Positions 1 through 10,600 of a DNA stretch of 64,000 nt are shown here, piece by piece. The translations under genes were made by a program, and so were the position numbers. The DNA lies in the NCBI GenBank assembly GCA_963718515.1, contig OY970354.1, positions 302,363-366,362 of the forward strand, read 5' to 3'. Below the pieces are notes generated by a model. The model did no database searches, had not been told where the DNA came from, and saw only the letters and a list, made by a program, of their open reading frames with translations. Within the stretch, counting starts at the first letter, position 1. The number at the start of each line of letters is the position of its first letter. The DNA is from an uncultured bacterium. GTDB lineage: Bacteria > Patescibacteriota > Minisyncoccia > UBA6257 > 2-01-FULL-56-20.

Positions 1-125
1 ATGGGAATATCAAAGTACTTGTCTCGCTCCTCGAGCCGTTCATGCTTCTTATGATGGGTGTCATGGTGGGCGTCATCGCGCTTTCCATCATCGTTCCGAT
101 CTATCAATTGACCACGTCGTTTTAA
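1..125 (+). CDS. pilC: type IV pilus / T2SS platform protein PilC/GspF, C-terminal fragment (5' end outside window)
   Basis: Reading from nt 3 gives ...LLEPFMLLMMGVMVGVIALSIIVPIYQLTTSF*, the conserved last TM helix and tail of GspF-family proteins. The TAA stop overlaps the next ATG (TAATG). Confidence 0.7.
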   Translation, partial: GNIKVLVSLLEPFMLLMMGVMVGVIALSIIVPIYQLTTSF

Positions 126-586
126 TGAAAAGGGGATTCACGCTGATCGAGCTTGTGGTGACCATAGGCATTCTCGTTACGATCGCTGTCGTGACGATCG
201 TCAATATTTCGGGAAAGCGGTCAAATAGTAATCTTACGACGACCACTCAGCAGGTCGCGACACTTCTGCGGGAGGCGCAAAGTGATTCTCTGGCTCAGGA
301 AGGGGATGCAGTGTGGGGTGTCCATTTTTCGAACGCTACTGCGACCGCTCCCTTTTATGCGCTCTTCAGCGGGAGCTATGGTGCCGGCGCGGCGGGAGGG
401 TATTATCGTTTGCCCGCGACCGTGGCGTACAAGACGTCGACGCTTGCCTCCGGGGCAACGCTCGATATCACGTTCTCGGCGATCACGGGCGCGGCATCGG
501 CGTCGACGAGCATCGGACTATACCTTATCAATGGAAGTGGTTCGTCCACGATCTCCGTCGCATCAACAGGAGCGGTGAGCTACTGA
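125..586 (+). CDS. type IV pilin-like protein (prepilin N-terminal cleavage/methylation signal)
   Basis: N-terminus is MKRG|FTLIELVVTIGILV: the G-F-T-L-I-E class III signal followed by a hydrophobic helix. It is translationally coupled to pilC. Confidence 0.8.
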   Translation: MKRGFTLIELVVTIGILVTIAVVTIVNISGKRSNSNLTTTTQQVATLLREAQSDSLAQEGDAVWGVHFSNATATAPFYALFSGSYGAGAAGGYYRLPATVAYKTSTLASGATLDITFSAITGAASASTSIGLYLINGSGSSTISVASTGAVSY

Positions 587-611
587 TCCTTTTTCTGTTA
601 TAATTCCATTA

Positions 612-1976
612 ATGGATCATTATGGTCGGCGTGTGGGACAATCCCTTATAGAGCTTCTGATCGGCATGGCGATCGGTACTGCTTTTCTTGTCGGCGCGGC
701 CACCGTCATCGCGCCCGCGCTTCAGGCGAGCAAGCAGACGGCCGTGGTGCAGGCAAAGGCCGAACTTGCGAACCAGCTGATGGATAATGTAAGGGCGTGG
801 GCGGCGGGGAATTGGGACACCGTCCTCGCGCTCGCGACCGGCACCGCAAACACCTATTCGCTCAATACCTCAAGCTCTCCCTTCACCACCGCTTATACGA
901 CGGGCACTTCGACGTATTACTCCCCATCTTTTTTTCAAACGACGAGCACAAATGATTCGAGCGGGGCAACCTCCCACACATTGACCTTCGGCGCAACGAC
1001 GACGCCGGGTGATATACTCGTGGTTACGGATCTCATGGCGCAGGCGCCAAGCTGTGGTACCGCTCCCACCTCTTCGATATCCGATACACAGGGAAATACA
1101 TTCACTCTTGTGGAACGCTATAACTATACGGAGACAGATGGTTTCACTTGCAATCAGAATCTCGAAGCGTGGTGGGCTCCTATCGGAAGCGCTACGAAAG
1201 ACACGGTTACTTTCAATCATCATTCCGTCGACGCCTATTTTATCGGTGGCATCAGCGAATACAGCGGAGTTGCGACATCTAGTCCTGTTGATGGTGCGAT
1301 CGCGACGAGTACGACTTCGGGCAGTACCTCTTTGAATTCAGGCCTTGCGACGACCGCAAACGCGAACGACCTGTTGGTCGCCATGGGGAGCCTCGGCGAG
1401 CTGAACTCCACTTACACGGCGGGATCGGGGTATGGCATTCGTTGGCAACAAAGTGGCGGCGCTCAATCCGCATTCACGGAGGATGAGATCGTTTCAAGCG
1501 CCGGAAATTATTCCGCAACGGCCAGCTCAACTACGAGTGGCCAGTGGGCCGTGCTACTTACGGCATTCAAAGCTGTTCCAATGGTGTCCACTACCACCAG
1601 TTATGGCACGAGCACGGAATCAATTACCCTTCAAGGAATCGCGTATAAGCGTTATTTTTATCTTTCCGATGCCTACCGTACTGCGGGCGGGAGTCTGACC
1701 ACCGCTACCACGAGCAACTATTATGATCCGTCGACAAAGCTTGTTACGGTGGTCATCATTCCGTCCAATACTTCTCAAAACTCTTCAACAACCGTGAGTT
1801 TTTATCTCACGCGCAATCAGAACAATGTCATCGCCCAGACAAGCTGGGCGGGCGGCTCGGGGCAATCCACACCCGTCACCATCATCGGGACGAACTATGC
1901 AGCATCTACCAACATTACGACGAGCGCGACAGGGACGATCCAGCTTTCCACCGGCGCTGGCAGTTGCGTCTATTGA
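612..1976 (+). CDS. pilin-like protein carrying a large C-terminal domain (recurrent ~200-aa module)
   Basis: N-terminus has RRVG|QSLIELLIGMAIG, a prepilin-like signal. The rest is S/T-rich and contains the GDILVV...DTQGNTFTL...WWAP module also seen in four other proteins here. Confidence 0.7.
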   Translation: MDHYGRRVGQSLIELLIGMAIGTAFLVGAATVIAPALQASKQTAVVQAKAELANQLMDNVRAWAAGNWDTVLALATGTANTYSLNTSSSPFTTAYTTGTSTYYSPSFFQTTSTNDSSGATSHTLTFGATTTPGDILVVTDLMAQAPSCGTAPTSSISDTQGNTFTLVERYNYTETDGFTCNQNLEAWWAPIGSATKDTVTFNHHSVDAYFIGGISEYSGVATSSPVDGAIATSTTSGSTSLNSGLATTANANDLLVAMGSLGELNSTYTAGSGYGIRWQQSGGAQSAFTEDEIVSSAGNYSATASSTTSGQWAVLLTAFKAVPMVSTTTSYGTSTESITLQGIAYKRYFYLSDAYRTAGGSLTTATTSNYYDPSTKLVTVVIIPSNTSQNSSTTVSFYLTRNQNNVIAQTSWAGGSGQSTPVTIIGTNYAASTNITTSATGTIQLSTGAGSCVY

Positions 1977-1993
1977 TGAAGTAAAATAAAAAT

Positions 1994-4900
1994 ATGGAAC
2001 AGGATCAAAAAAGAAAGCAACGACAGAAGATCACGGCGATCGTTACGTTACTGATTTTGGGAGCGCTCTTTATAGTAGGCATCTTCCATGGAACATTTTT
2101 CGGCTTTCCGGTGCGCACGGTGCAGGCGGTGACCTCGACCTCGACCTGGACCGACGCCGCAGGTGACGGTACATGGACCAACCCGGGCAACTGGTCGCCC
2201 AGCGGCGAACCCGGATCTAGTACCATCGCCCTTTTCTCTGCCTCAAGTACGGCGAATTGCAGTCTTAATGAGGACGCAAGTGTTGCTGGGATTACTATCA
2301 CGTCAGGGTATACCGGCACGATCACCCAGCCCAACAGCGATTATATTTACATCGGTACATCGGGCTATTCTCAGGCCGGTGGTACCTTTACGGGTGGTTC
2401 CACCACGAATTCCTTTTTCTGGGATAACGGCACTTTTTCTTTCACTGGCGGGACATTCATAATTCCTGTTGGAACCACCTGGGGCACGCCCGGACTGCGC
2501 GTTGATCAAAGCGCCACTATTTCTTCCCTGCTTAACGACGCAAATGATGGCGGAGGGCAGTTCTATGCGACGACCACCATCACCACCTCCACGACATTCT
2601 ATACTCTCACCATCGGCGGGGGCGGCGGAGACCCGAATCCAAGTCCCTACATGACCGTTGCTACCGGTACGGTGATCACCGTGCAATCATCAACGTTTTT
2701 CGATCCCAACCAGGGTTTTGTTTATCTTGAGGGAGGAGGGCAGATCGATGCCCAGGGGAGTGTTGTACTGTTATTCAGCCAGTCGACCGGCTACGGTTCA
2801 ACAATTATTCCCGCTACCAGTACCTTTAATTTTATTCTCGATGGTACCGGCACGCAGACAATCAGTGATGGAGGGCTAGGTGGATTGAATTACGCCGCCC
2901 CTTTCTTCCTTCCGGGCAATTTTGTGATCTCCAAGTCCTCTGGCACGGTAAATTTATCCGGCGATATTGGTATTACCGGCAATTTTATCAACACGAATGG
3001 CACGACTATAAATCCCGGCACATCAACGGTCCTCGATTGGAATAATGTAGCATCAGGTACTATCACCGGCACCTCCACGTTCAATAATCTCCTTTTTAGT
3101 GCTTATAATTCAAGTACGGTGACCATCTCGACCGGCACGACGCTCACCGTGTTGGGGAATTTGGATCTTGCGGTATACAAATTTTCCATCAATAACATAA
3201 ACATTGTGGGCGGAGGAACGATCGATGATCAGGGGAATATCGAAACCGATCCTGTTTCGTATTACCCCACAAACACCCTTTCTCTCATTATGGATGGCAC
3301 AGGCACCCAAACCATAGGGGATGATTTTGATTGCACTACGATTGCTAGTGTGAATTGCTATTGGGGAGTGCCCCTCCCGGATCTTACGATCAACAAAACA
3401 AACGGCTCAGTCGTGCTTGCGAATAATATCATGATTGAGAGCAATTTCATTAACACAAACGGCACAATGATCAATCCCGGCACATCGACGATCATTTTTG
3501 GTCAGGGCGATGCGCAATTTAGTCAAACGGGAGTATATGGTGTTGCATATGACCAATATTTTCCTTCCGGCACAAGCACGTTCACCCTTACCGGATCTTC
3601 CACTTTCTATAACCTGATCATCGGCGATTGGAATTCTGCAGTAGGCAACGTCTTCGCGACCATCGCGACGGGGACCACTATAACTGTGCAGGGAGATTTT
3701 GAATTGTCTAATTGTGACGACTATACCCAAATTAAAGGCGGCGGCGCAATCGATATGCAAGGAAATATTTTATCAGGTGATTGCCCATGGACCGGGCAGG
3801 GGTCGTTCCTTGGCGTAGGAGCCCCATCGATCATTGTGAATGGTACGGGAACTCAGATCATAGGCCTTGGGAGTTTGAATAGTGGCATAGATCTTTATTT
3901 GCCGAACCTTACCGTACAAAAATCGAGCGGGGTTGCGTACGGCGAAAGCGCCGCGACCATTTATAGTTCATCCACGATCGCGCAAGGGGAGTTTCAGCTT
4001 TCGACCGGAACGTCGGCAACGAGTTTTATTCAGCGATACGGAGCATTCACCATAAATTCCGGCGCGCGACTATCCGATTATCCCGTTGCGACTTCCACGT
4101 TTGAGCCCGGAGCAGGGGTGGTAAATAACGGCACGGTATTTTTCTCGGGGGATGGAGAGGGGTGCGCTCTGCCATTGCCGAATTATATCGTCATAAACAC
4201 CGCGAGCGGCACGACATCGCAGGCGTGGTCGGGGACGGGGAATTTTATCATGCGATACGCGAGCGTAAAGCGCCAGACCACTTCCGGCCCGGCGGCGATC
4301 AACGACGTGAACGGCACGAATGCGGGGAATAATAGCGGCTCGTGGACCTTCACGACTGCCGGGCGTCCCGCCCTTGTGCAAAGTGTCTCCGCATCATCGA
4401 CATCCGCCTCTTCGCTCACGCTTCCCTTTACCTTTTATCCCCGCGCGGGAGATCTCATCCTCGTTGCGGTATCGGCGAACGGCCAATCCATCACTGCTCC
4501 CACGGATAATGCGAGTAACACGTATACTTTGATCACTTCTAACACCCTAAGCGCTTCCCCGAATGGCACGTTAAGTCTTTATTACGCGAAAAGCATCAAT
4601 ACCACATCTTCTTTCATGGTCACCGCGAACGGGACCGGCGGCGGTCCGCTTTCTGCGGCGGCATTCGAGTATACGAGCATCAATCCCTCTTCAACGTTCC
4701 AAACCTATATTGCGAATTCAGACAATAGCGGCACGGCGACGAATCTCACCTCCCTGTCCGCGACAGGGAATTCGAGCAATGAACTTTATTTTGGAGCCAT
4801 GACCCTGGCGACTTCAACAATAGCAAGCGCCGGTTCTACCTGGACATCGGCCCTTGCTATGACGAATAACACGGGCTACCAAGATCTCTATGCGGAATAT

Positions 4901-5365
4901 ATCGCAACGACCACCGAACTCACGACCGCCGCAACGTGGACGAGTGTCGCTTCCACGAGCTACGGTGCCATCATGGGTATATTTACTTCTCCCTACACGA
5001 ATGGATACTCCGCATCAGGGACCCTCGACTCGGCAACGTTCGATACCGGTATTGCGAGCGGAACGCAGTTGAACTCTTTTACATGGCAAGGATCGACGCC
5101 CTCGAACAGCGCGGTCGATTTCCAGTTTGCGGTGAGCAATTCATCGAACGGCCCGTGGAACTTTGAAGGGTACGACGGAACGGCCAACACCTATTTCTCC
5201 GGTGCCGCCGGTTTTCCCATCAGCCTTGTTTCAAATACTACTGCTCAAGGGTATGAACTCTTCAGCGGTTATCGTTATTTCCGCTATCGGGTATTTCTCT
5301 TTAGCGATTCTACGTATTCCTATACACCGACCGTGTCAGGGGTGACGGTGAACTGGAGTCCGTAA
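1994..5365 (+). CDS. large secreted/anchored repeat protein (1123 aa), beta-helix-like internal repeats plus recurrent module
   Basis: Uninterrupted 3.4-kb ORF with an N-terminal TM/signal (ITAIVTLLILGALFIVGIF). It has three or more internal repeat units (DGTGTQTI ... LP.L.I.K..G.V ... FINTNGT.INPGTST ... F.NL.I ... TGTT.TV.G). The C-terminal part carries the AGDLILVAVS...NASNTYTL module. Confidence 0.75.
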   Translation: MEQDQKRKQRQKITAIVTLLILGALFIVGIFHGTFFGFPVRTVQAVTSTSTWTDAAGDGTWTNPGNWSPSGEPGSSTIALFSASSTANCSLNEDASVAGITITSGYTGTITQPNSDYIYIGTSGYSQAGGTFTGGSTTNSFFWDNGTFSFTGGTFIIPVGTTWGTPGLRVDQSATISSLLNDANDGGGQFYATTTITTSTTFYTLTIGGGGGDPNPSPYMTVATGTVITVQSSTFFDPNQGFVYLEGGGQIDAQGSVVLLFSQSTGYGSTIIPATSTFNFILDGTGTQTISDGGLGGLNYAAPFFLPGNFVISKSSGTVNLSGDIGITGNFINTNGTTINPGTSTVLDWNNVASGTITGTSTFNNLLFSAYNSSTVTISTGTTLTVLGNLDLAVYKFSINNINIVGGGTIDDQGNIETDPVSYYPTNTLSLIMDGTGTQTIGDDFDCTTIASVNCYWGVPLPDLTINKTNGSVVLANNIMIESNFINTNGTMINPGTSTIIFGQGDAQFSQTGVYGVAYDQYFPSGTSTFTLTGSSTFYNLIIGDWNSAVGNVFATIATGTTITVQGDFELSNCDDYTQIKGGGAIDMQGNILSGDCPWTGQGSFLGVGAPSIIVNGTGTQIIGLGSLNSGIDLYLPNLTVQKSSGVAYGESAATIYSSSTIAQGEFQLSTGTSATSFIQRYGAFTINSGARLSDYPVATSTFEPGAGVVNNGTVFFSGDGEGCALPLPNYIVINTASGTTSQAWSGTGNFIMRYASVKRQTTSGPAAINDVNGTNAGNNSGSWTFTTAGRPALVQSVSASSTSASSLTLPFTFYPRAGDLILVAVSANGQSITAPTDNASNTYTLITSNTLSASPNGTLSLYYAKSINTTSSFMVTANGTGGGPLSAAAFEYTSINPSSTFQTYIANSDNSGTATNLTSLSATGNSSNELYFGAMTLATSTIASAGSTWTSALAMTNNTGYQDLYAEYIATTTELTTAATWTSVASTSYGAIMGIFTSPYTNGYSASGTLDSATFDTGIASGTQLNSFTWQGSTPSNSAVDFQFAVSNSSNGPWNFEGYDGTANTYFSGAAGFPISLVSNTTAQGYELFSGYRYFRYRVFLFSDSTYSYTPTVSGVTVNWSP

Positions 5366-5481
5366 ATTGCCGCCGCCATTTTCAGTTTGTGTTGCCCAAA
5401 CGGTAATGAGGCGCCCAATGGGAGTGAGGGGATGTTCACAGGCTCTCAGGATCCGAATTCCTGTATAATGAAATTAATCGG

Positions 5482-5766
5482 ATGAAACAACCAAAGCGCC
5501 TGTCGATTTTCGTTTACCTCGGACATGTCTTCTTTTTGGCGTTTTTGGTGATAATGCCATTTCGAACGGGCAAAGTCCTTGCGGCAAGCGTCCCCGCGTT
5601 CGTGCGGTCGTCCACTGGCGTCAGTTACTCGGGAACGACACTCAATTTCTCGATGCCGAATAATGTGACGAATGGCGATATTCTTGCGGCAGGGTTCCAG
5701 ATGGCGGCGCAGGGCTCTGTGTCCTACGCGACTGTGAACCAAGTCGTCGTGAATTGGAGCCCGTAA
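5482..5766 (+). CDS. small secreted protein (94 aa), looks like a module fragment fused to the NWSP tail of the upstream gene
   Basis: Signal peptide ...VIMPFRTGKVLA|AS. The segment NFSMPNNVTNGDILAAGF resembles the start of the recurrent module. It ends ...VVVNWSP*, like the 1123-aa protein (...VTVNWSP*). A TATAAT lies at 5464-5469. Confidence 0.45.
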   Translation: MKQPKRLSIFVYLGHVFFLAFLVIMPFRTGKVLAASVPAFVRSSTGVSYSGTTLNFSMPNNVTNGDILAAGFQMAAQGSVSYATVNQVVVNWSP

Positions 5767-5800
5767 GGCAGAGACCCCCGAAACAGATAGGGAGATATAC

Positions 5801-5806
5801 TATACT
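5801..5806 (+). promoter_or_regulatory. -10 box (TATACT) 6 nt upstream of the ATG at 5813; implies a leaderless transcript
   Basis: The sequence is gagatatacTATACTtaaactATG. The same geometry is seen at several other genes in the window. Confidence 0.4.
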
Positions 5807-5812
5807 TAAACT

Positions 5813-7609
5813 ATGTCGCGAACAGGCTTTTTGGGGTTGATGGGGGTAGTGATTTTTACGGTTGTATTTAGTATGCCTCTGTTTGTCCACGCTTCAATTA
5901 CGCTGGTCCAAAATAATATTAATCAATCATGCTCAGGTAGCGTGCTGACATGCAATGTACAGGTTTCTTCGACGGCTGCAGGGGATGCCTTAGTGGTGAT
6001 GACTATATCGGGAGGCGTCGGCAGCGCAACCAACGTAACCTCAACGGCCGACACGGGAAGTTTGGTTAATTGCGCAAGTTGCTATTTTTCCCAACTGGCC
6101 AATAGTTCGGGATATCTGACGTCCGCTGTCTGGTATTCAACAAGCACTCCGGCAGGCATCACAAGCATCACCTCAACGATATCGCAAGTACAAAATTTCG
6201 TGTCGGACTGGTGGATGTCAGTTTGGGTATATTCAACGACCAATGGCGATGGGTTTTTATTGGACAATGCAAGCACCACGGCCAGTTTATCCGGTGCGGA
6301 TAATGCAAGCTATCCAGGTGCGACGACCGTACCGCTTTCCGGATCGAATGATATCATCGACCAAGGTATGTTTATTGCATTCAATGGTGCCCCCACAGCC
6401 ATCAATGATTCCTACACGAATTTCGCAGGCAGCAGTAATTATGGCGTAGCGAATCTCGTCAACACCTCAAATGGCTCTGCTCCGACCTGGACATTGAATC
6501 TTTCCCAGAATAGCGAATTGAGCGTGGGCATTGCACTGAAGGAAAACGACGCCACGCCTCCCTTCGTCACTTGGATATCTCCCTCGGGGAATGCAGTCGT
6601 TTCTTCGACTATAACTCTCACGGCATCATCCACTGATAACGCTGCGGTTTCAAGCACTGCTTTCTATTATGGCGCTTACGGCGCTACGTTCGCCTCAAGT
6701 ACTTTCATCGGGTCAACCTCAACCCCGTCGGGAACTCTGTATTCTTTTCCATGGGATACCAATACCATAGTAGATGGTTCAAGTACTCTCTGGGTGCTCG
6801 CTACTGACATGTCAAACAACACTTCGACGGCATCGATCACGGTGAATGTCGAGAACGCGCCTTCTATCACCTGGATATCACCGGCTCCGAACGCCACGGT
6901 CTCTTCGACTATTACCCTTACGGTCTCTTCGACTGACAGCACCGCGATCCAGGGTGTCCAGTTCCAGATAGATGGGACCAATCTCGGATCTGAAATCACA
7001 GCCACTTCAGGCCCTACCCTTTACAGCACGACTTGGAATACAACTCAATCCTCGAATGGTTCGCACATCATTTCCGCCATCGCTTACGACACTTCAAATA
7101 ATAGTTCAACAGCCACATCCAGTGTCACTGTAGGTAATATATCCCAATCAAATAATACGCCGACACTAATCCACGTCGGGGTTGCTTCTGCCTATGGACT
7201 TCCAAATTATTTGATTGCATCGAACGTATCAAATCCAACTTCGTCGGAGAGCACGACGTCAACGATGGCGAGTACCTCTTCATTATCTTCAATGGCGTCA
7301 GTCATCGCTGGCTTTCGTGCCGAACTCCAATCTCTAATGGCCGAAGCCGAGAGCCAAACAACCCCGTTTTCTTTTATCAGAAACCTCTCCCTCTGGAGCA
7401 GGGGATCTGACGTTCAAGCTCTCCAACAATTTTTCATCGAACAAGACAAGGGTCCATCAGCAGAGAAACTTAAAGCTCATGGCACGACGCAAGTCTTTGG
7501 CTATCTTACATTCAATGCCCTCAAAGAATATCAGACATCAGTAGGGCTTCCCGCCACCGGATATTTCGGGATGATGACGAGAAATCAATTGATGAATGCC
7601 GACCCATGA
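5813..7609 (+). CDS. secreted surface protein: recurrent module + Ig-like repeats + C-terminal peptidoglycan-binding domain
   Basis: Signal peptide (VVIFTVVFSMPLFVHA|S). Two clear Ig-like repeats (TWISP..NA.VSSTITLT.SSTD...). The C-terminus SRGSDVQALQQFF...GYLTFNALKEYQTSVGLPATGYFG is PG_binding_1-like. Confidence 0.75.
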   Translation: MSRTGFLGLMGVVIFTVVFSMPLFVHASITLVQNNINQSCSGSVLTCNVQVSSTAAGDALVVMTISGGVGSATNVTSTADTGSLVNCASCYFSQLANSSGYLTSAVWYSTSTPAGITSITSTISQVQNFVSDWWMSVWVYSTTNGDGFLLDNASTTASLSGADNASYPGATTVPLSGSNDIIDQGMFIAFNGAPTAINDSYTNFAGSSNYGVANLVNTSNGSAPTWTLNLSQNSELSVGIALKENDATPPFVTWISPSGNAVVSSTITLTASSTDNAAVSSTAFYYGAYGATFASSTFIGSTSTPSGTLYSFPWDTNTIVDGSSTLWVLATDMSNNTSTASITVNVENAPSITWISPAPNATVSSTITLTVSSTDSTAIQGVQFQIDGTNLGSEITATSGPTLYSTTWNTTQSSNGSHIISAIAYDTSNNSSTATSSVTVGNISQSNNTPTLIHVGVASAYGLPNYLIASNVSNPTSSESTTSTMASTSSLSSMASVIAGFRAELQSLMAEAESQTTPFSFIRNLSLWSRGSDVQALQQFFIEQDKGPSAEKLKAHGTTQVFGYLTFNALKEYQTSVGLPATGYFGMMTRNQLMNADP

Positions 7610-7646
7610 TATAATAATATCAATCTATAACCAAGCTGTATCATCA

Positions 7647-10600
7647 ATGAAACGGACAAAGCAACTTTCCCTTATAGCTCTGTTTCTGGTAGCCCTGTTT
7701 CTGGGATTTTCTTATATTCCAAACATCTTCAGCCAAAAGAAAACATTTGCCGCTGGGACGCCCACCATCGTCCAGACCTGCACCGGCGGGAATTATGGCT
7801 CTACGGCAACCTGCACGCTGCCCAGTACGTTGAGCGCCAATACAACCTTGGTAGCAACAGGATATTCAAGCGGGTCAGGTGAAACACTCAGCATCTCAGG
7901 CTGTGGCCTCACCTGGACCAAAGTATTCAGTGACACGGCATCTGCCGATTTCACCTGGGACGTCTGGACTGCTCCTTCCACAGCTGGAACCTCCTGTACG
8001 GCAAGCCAGACGATCGGTGGGAGCCAGTACAACTTCATAAATATCGCAGAAGTATCAGGGGTCAACGGGCTGGATGCCATTCCTGTCGATGAACATTCGC
8101 CATTCTGCCAGACAGGATGCAGAAGCGGATCGTTGACTACAAATACGAATGGCGACTTGGTCCTATTCGTAGGATTCTTGCCGAGTTATTCATTAACCTA
8201 CAGCACCTTCAGTAACAGTTATAGCATTTATCAACAAAACTTTTTTAACAGTGGCGGTGGGAGCACCTCCACAAATGCTACTGCCTATATATTGCAGGGC
8301 ACTGCAGGCAACACTTCAACGACCTATAACCTGAGCGGTGCAACGAGCTACGCAGACAGCATCTTGATTCCGTTCAAATCCTCTGGGTCCGGTACCCCCG
8401 CCATCCCTCCCTCCGCTCCCACAAACCTCGCAGTCACCACTTCAACTCCCACCACCGTTTCCCTCTCCTGGACAGCTTCATCCGCAGGCACCTACTCCGT
8501 CGCGGGCTATGACATCTATCAGGGAAGCAACCAGGTAGGCATCACGTCAAGCACAACCTACACCGTAACAGGTCTCTCTCCTAGTACCGGATACACCTTC
8601 AGCGTCTATGCCTATGATTCCCAGAGCAATAGTTCCCCTCAATCAAATAGCGTCAATGCAACAACGCAGGCGCCTATCGTAGATACTACGCCTCCTTCTG
8701 TCCCCACAAACCTTTCTGCAAATGCAATCTCCTCAAGTCAGATCAACCTCTCCTGGACGGCATCAACAGATAATGTCGGCGTCACCGGCTACGATATATA
8801 TAGAGGAGGAGTCCAGATAGGCACCTCAGCAACCAACGGCTATTCAGATAGCGGTCTTGCTGCATCAACCCAATACACCTACACCGTCTCTGCCTATGAT
8901 GCTTCGGGGAATAACTCTGCGCAAAGCACCTCAGCTTCAGCCACGACCCAGGCGAAAAGCAGCGGGGGAGGCACTGGTCCCTGGTCTGGTGTCCTCACTC
9001 CGAGTCGTGCCATCAATTGGGGAAACGCCGGACTGCCAAGTACGCTTATTTACGGAACCGGAGGTAGTGCTTGCAACGGCTCAAGTGCGAATTGCACAGA
9101 AACAGTAGCGAATCCTTGGACTCCCCCCACGCGAACGCAGTGTGGCTCTACGATCAGTCCTTCAGGAAGCGCGGCTACCAATACATCCAATATTAATAAT
9201 GCCCTTGCCGCCTGTAATCCGGGCACATACGTCTTGCTTGGCCCTGGAACATTTACAGTCAACAGCAGTATTAACTTCTACACACAGAACGGCGTTACGC
9301 TACGAGGAAGTGGGCCGCAGTCAACTTCCATTACGCTTACGAATGCTGCAGACGTGCAGATGGGCGCCGGATATAGTTACGGACTTTGTGGATGGACTGG
9401 TGGTTACGCAGCTGGAGCAACCTCCATTACCTTGTCAAATTGCAGTAGCGCCCCTCATGTCGGCGTACTCACGACGCTCGCGCAATGCAATACCGGTTTT
9501 ACGGGGTGTGGCTACGCAAACATATCCGGCTCAAACGTCAGCCTCTATACTGCGGCGCCTGGATCGCTATTCTTGAATTCATGGGCAGGTACGCAAACCA
9601 TGTACTTTGGCTCTGGGACGACATGGCCGGGTTATCCGATTACTGCTGTTCAAAATGGGACCAGTCTTACGGTGAGCGGTGGAACCCCTCCCAGTACGTT
9701 TTTCTATATAGGAACTCCTGCAGATAATAATGGTATTTTCATTTGCGGAGGTGTCGATGGCACCTGCCAGCGTACCGACGAGGGCTCCGAGCCTACAGAT
9801 TTACAACAGCAGATTGTGATGATTACATCGGTCAGCGGAAGTGGGCCCTCCTATACGGCAACCATCAGTCCTGGTCTTTATATGCCGAATTGGAATACTT
9901 CTAATAATCCTAGCGCTAATTGGTCTACAGGAGCCCATACAGTGACAGCTCTTGGGAACGGTATCGAAGATATGACGATTTATAACGCCTATGACGGTGC
10001 GAATGAGAGTGTACAATTCAACAATTCTTATGGTTCTTGGGTGAAGGGTGTGCGTTTACTCGGCTCCGGAACTTACTATCCTCTCGTAATATCGGGCAGC
10101 AAGAATTCTTTGGTATCTAATAATTATATTTTCTCTGATCCGTTCGGCGATGGCCAATATCCTGGAGCCATGCAGGAGCAGCAGGATTCGGACGACCTCG
10201 TTCTCAATAACATTATGGTTTCGGGAACGTCCTGGGTGGGATTCGGGCTGATGTCGGGGGATGTAGCTGCTTATAATTACGGCCGAGATACTTTCACATC
10301 CTATCCGCTCGATATGTTTGAGCACGTCCCCGGCGACGTCTATCAACTCTATGAAGGAAATGAGGTCGGCACGCTTCAGGAAGACGCTACACATGGTACG
10401 CACGATTTGAATACCGCATTTCGTAACTATGTGCCGGGATATGATGTTCCTTATGTTGCGCAGGGGAATCCCGCAGGTATTACTTGGAATCCGTGGGACA
10501 GGTTCACCAACACGGTTGGTAATGTTATCGGCAATAGTGCAGGACTTTTGAATACGTACCAGAGTGAGACCCAGGCAGCTGGCGGTTACATTTTTTCCAT

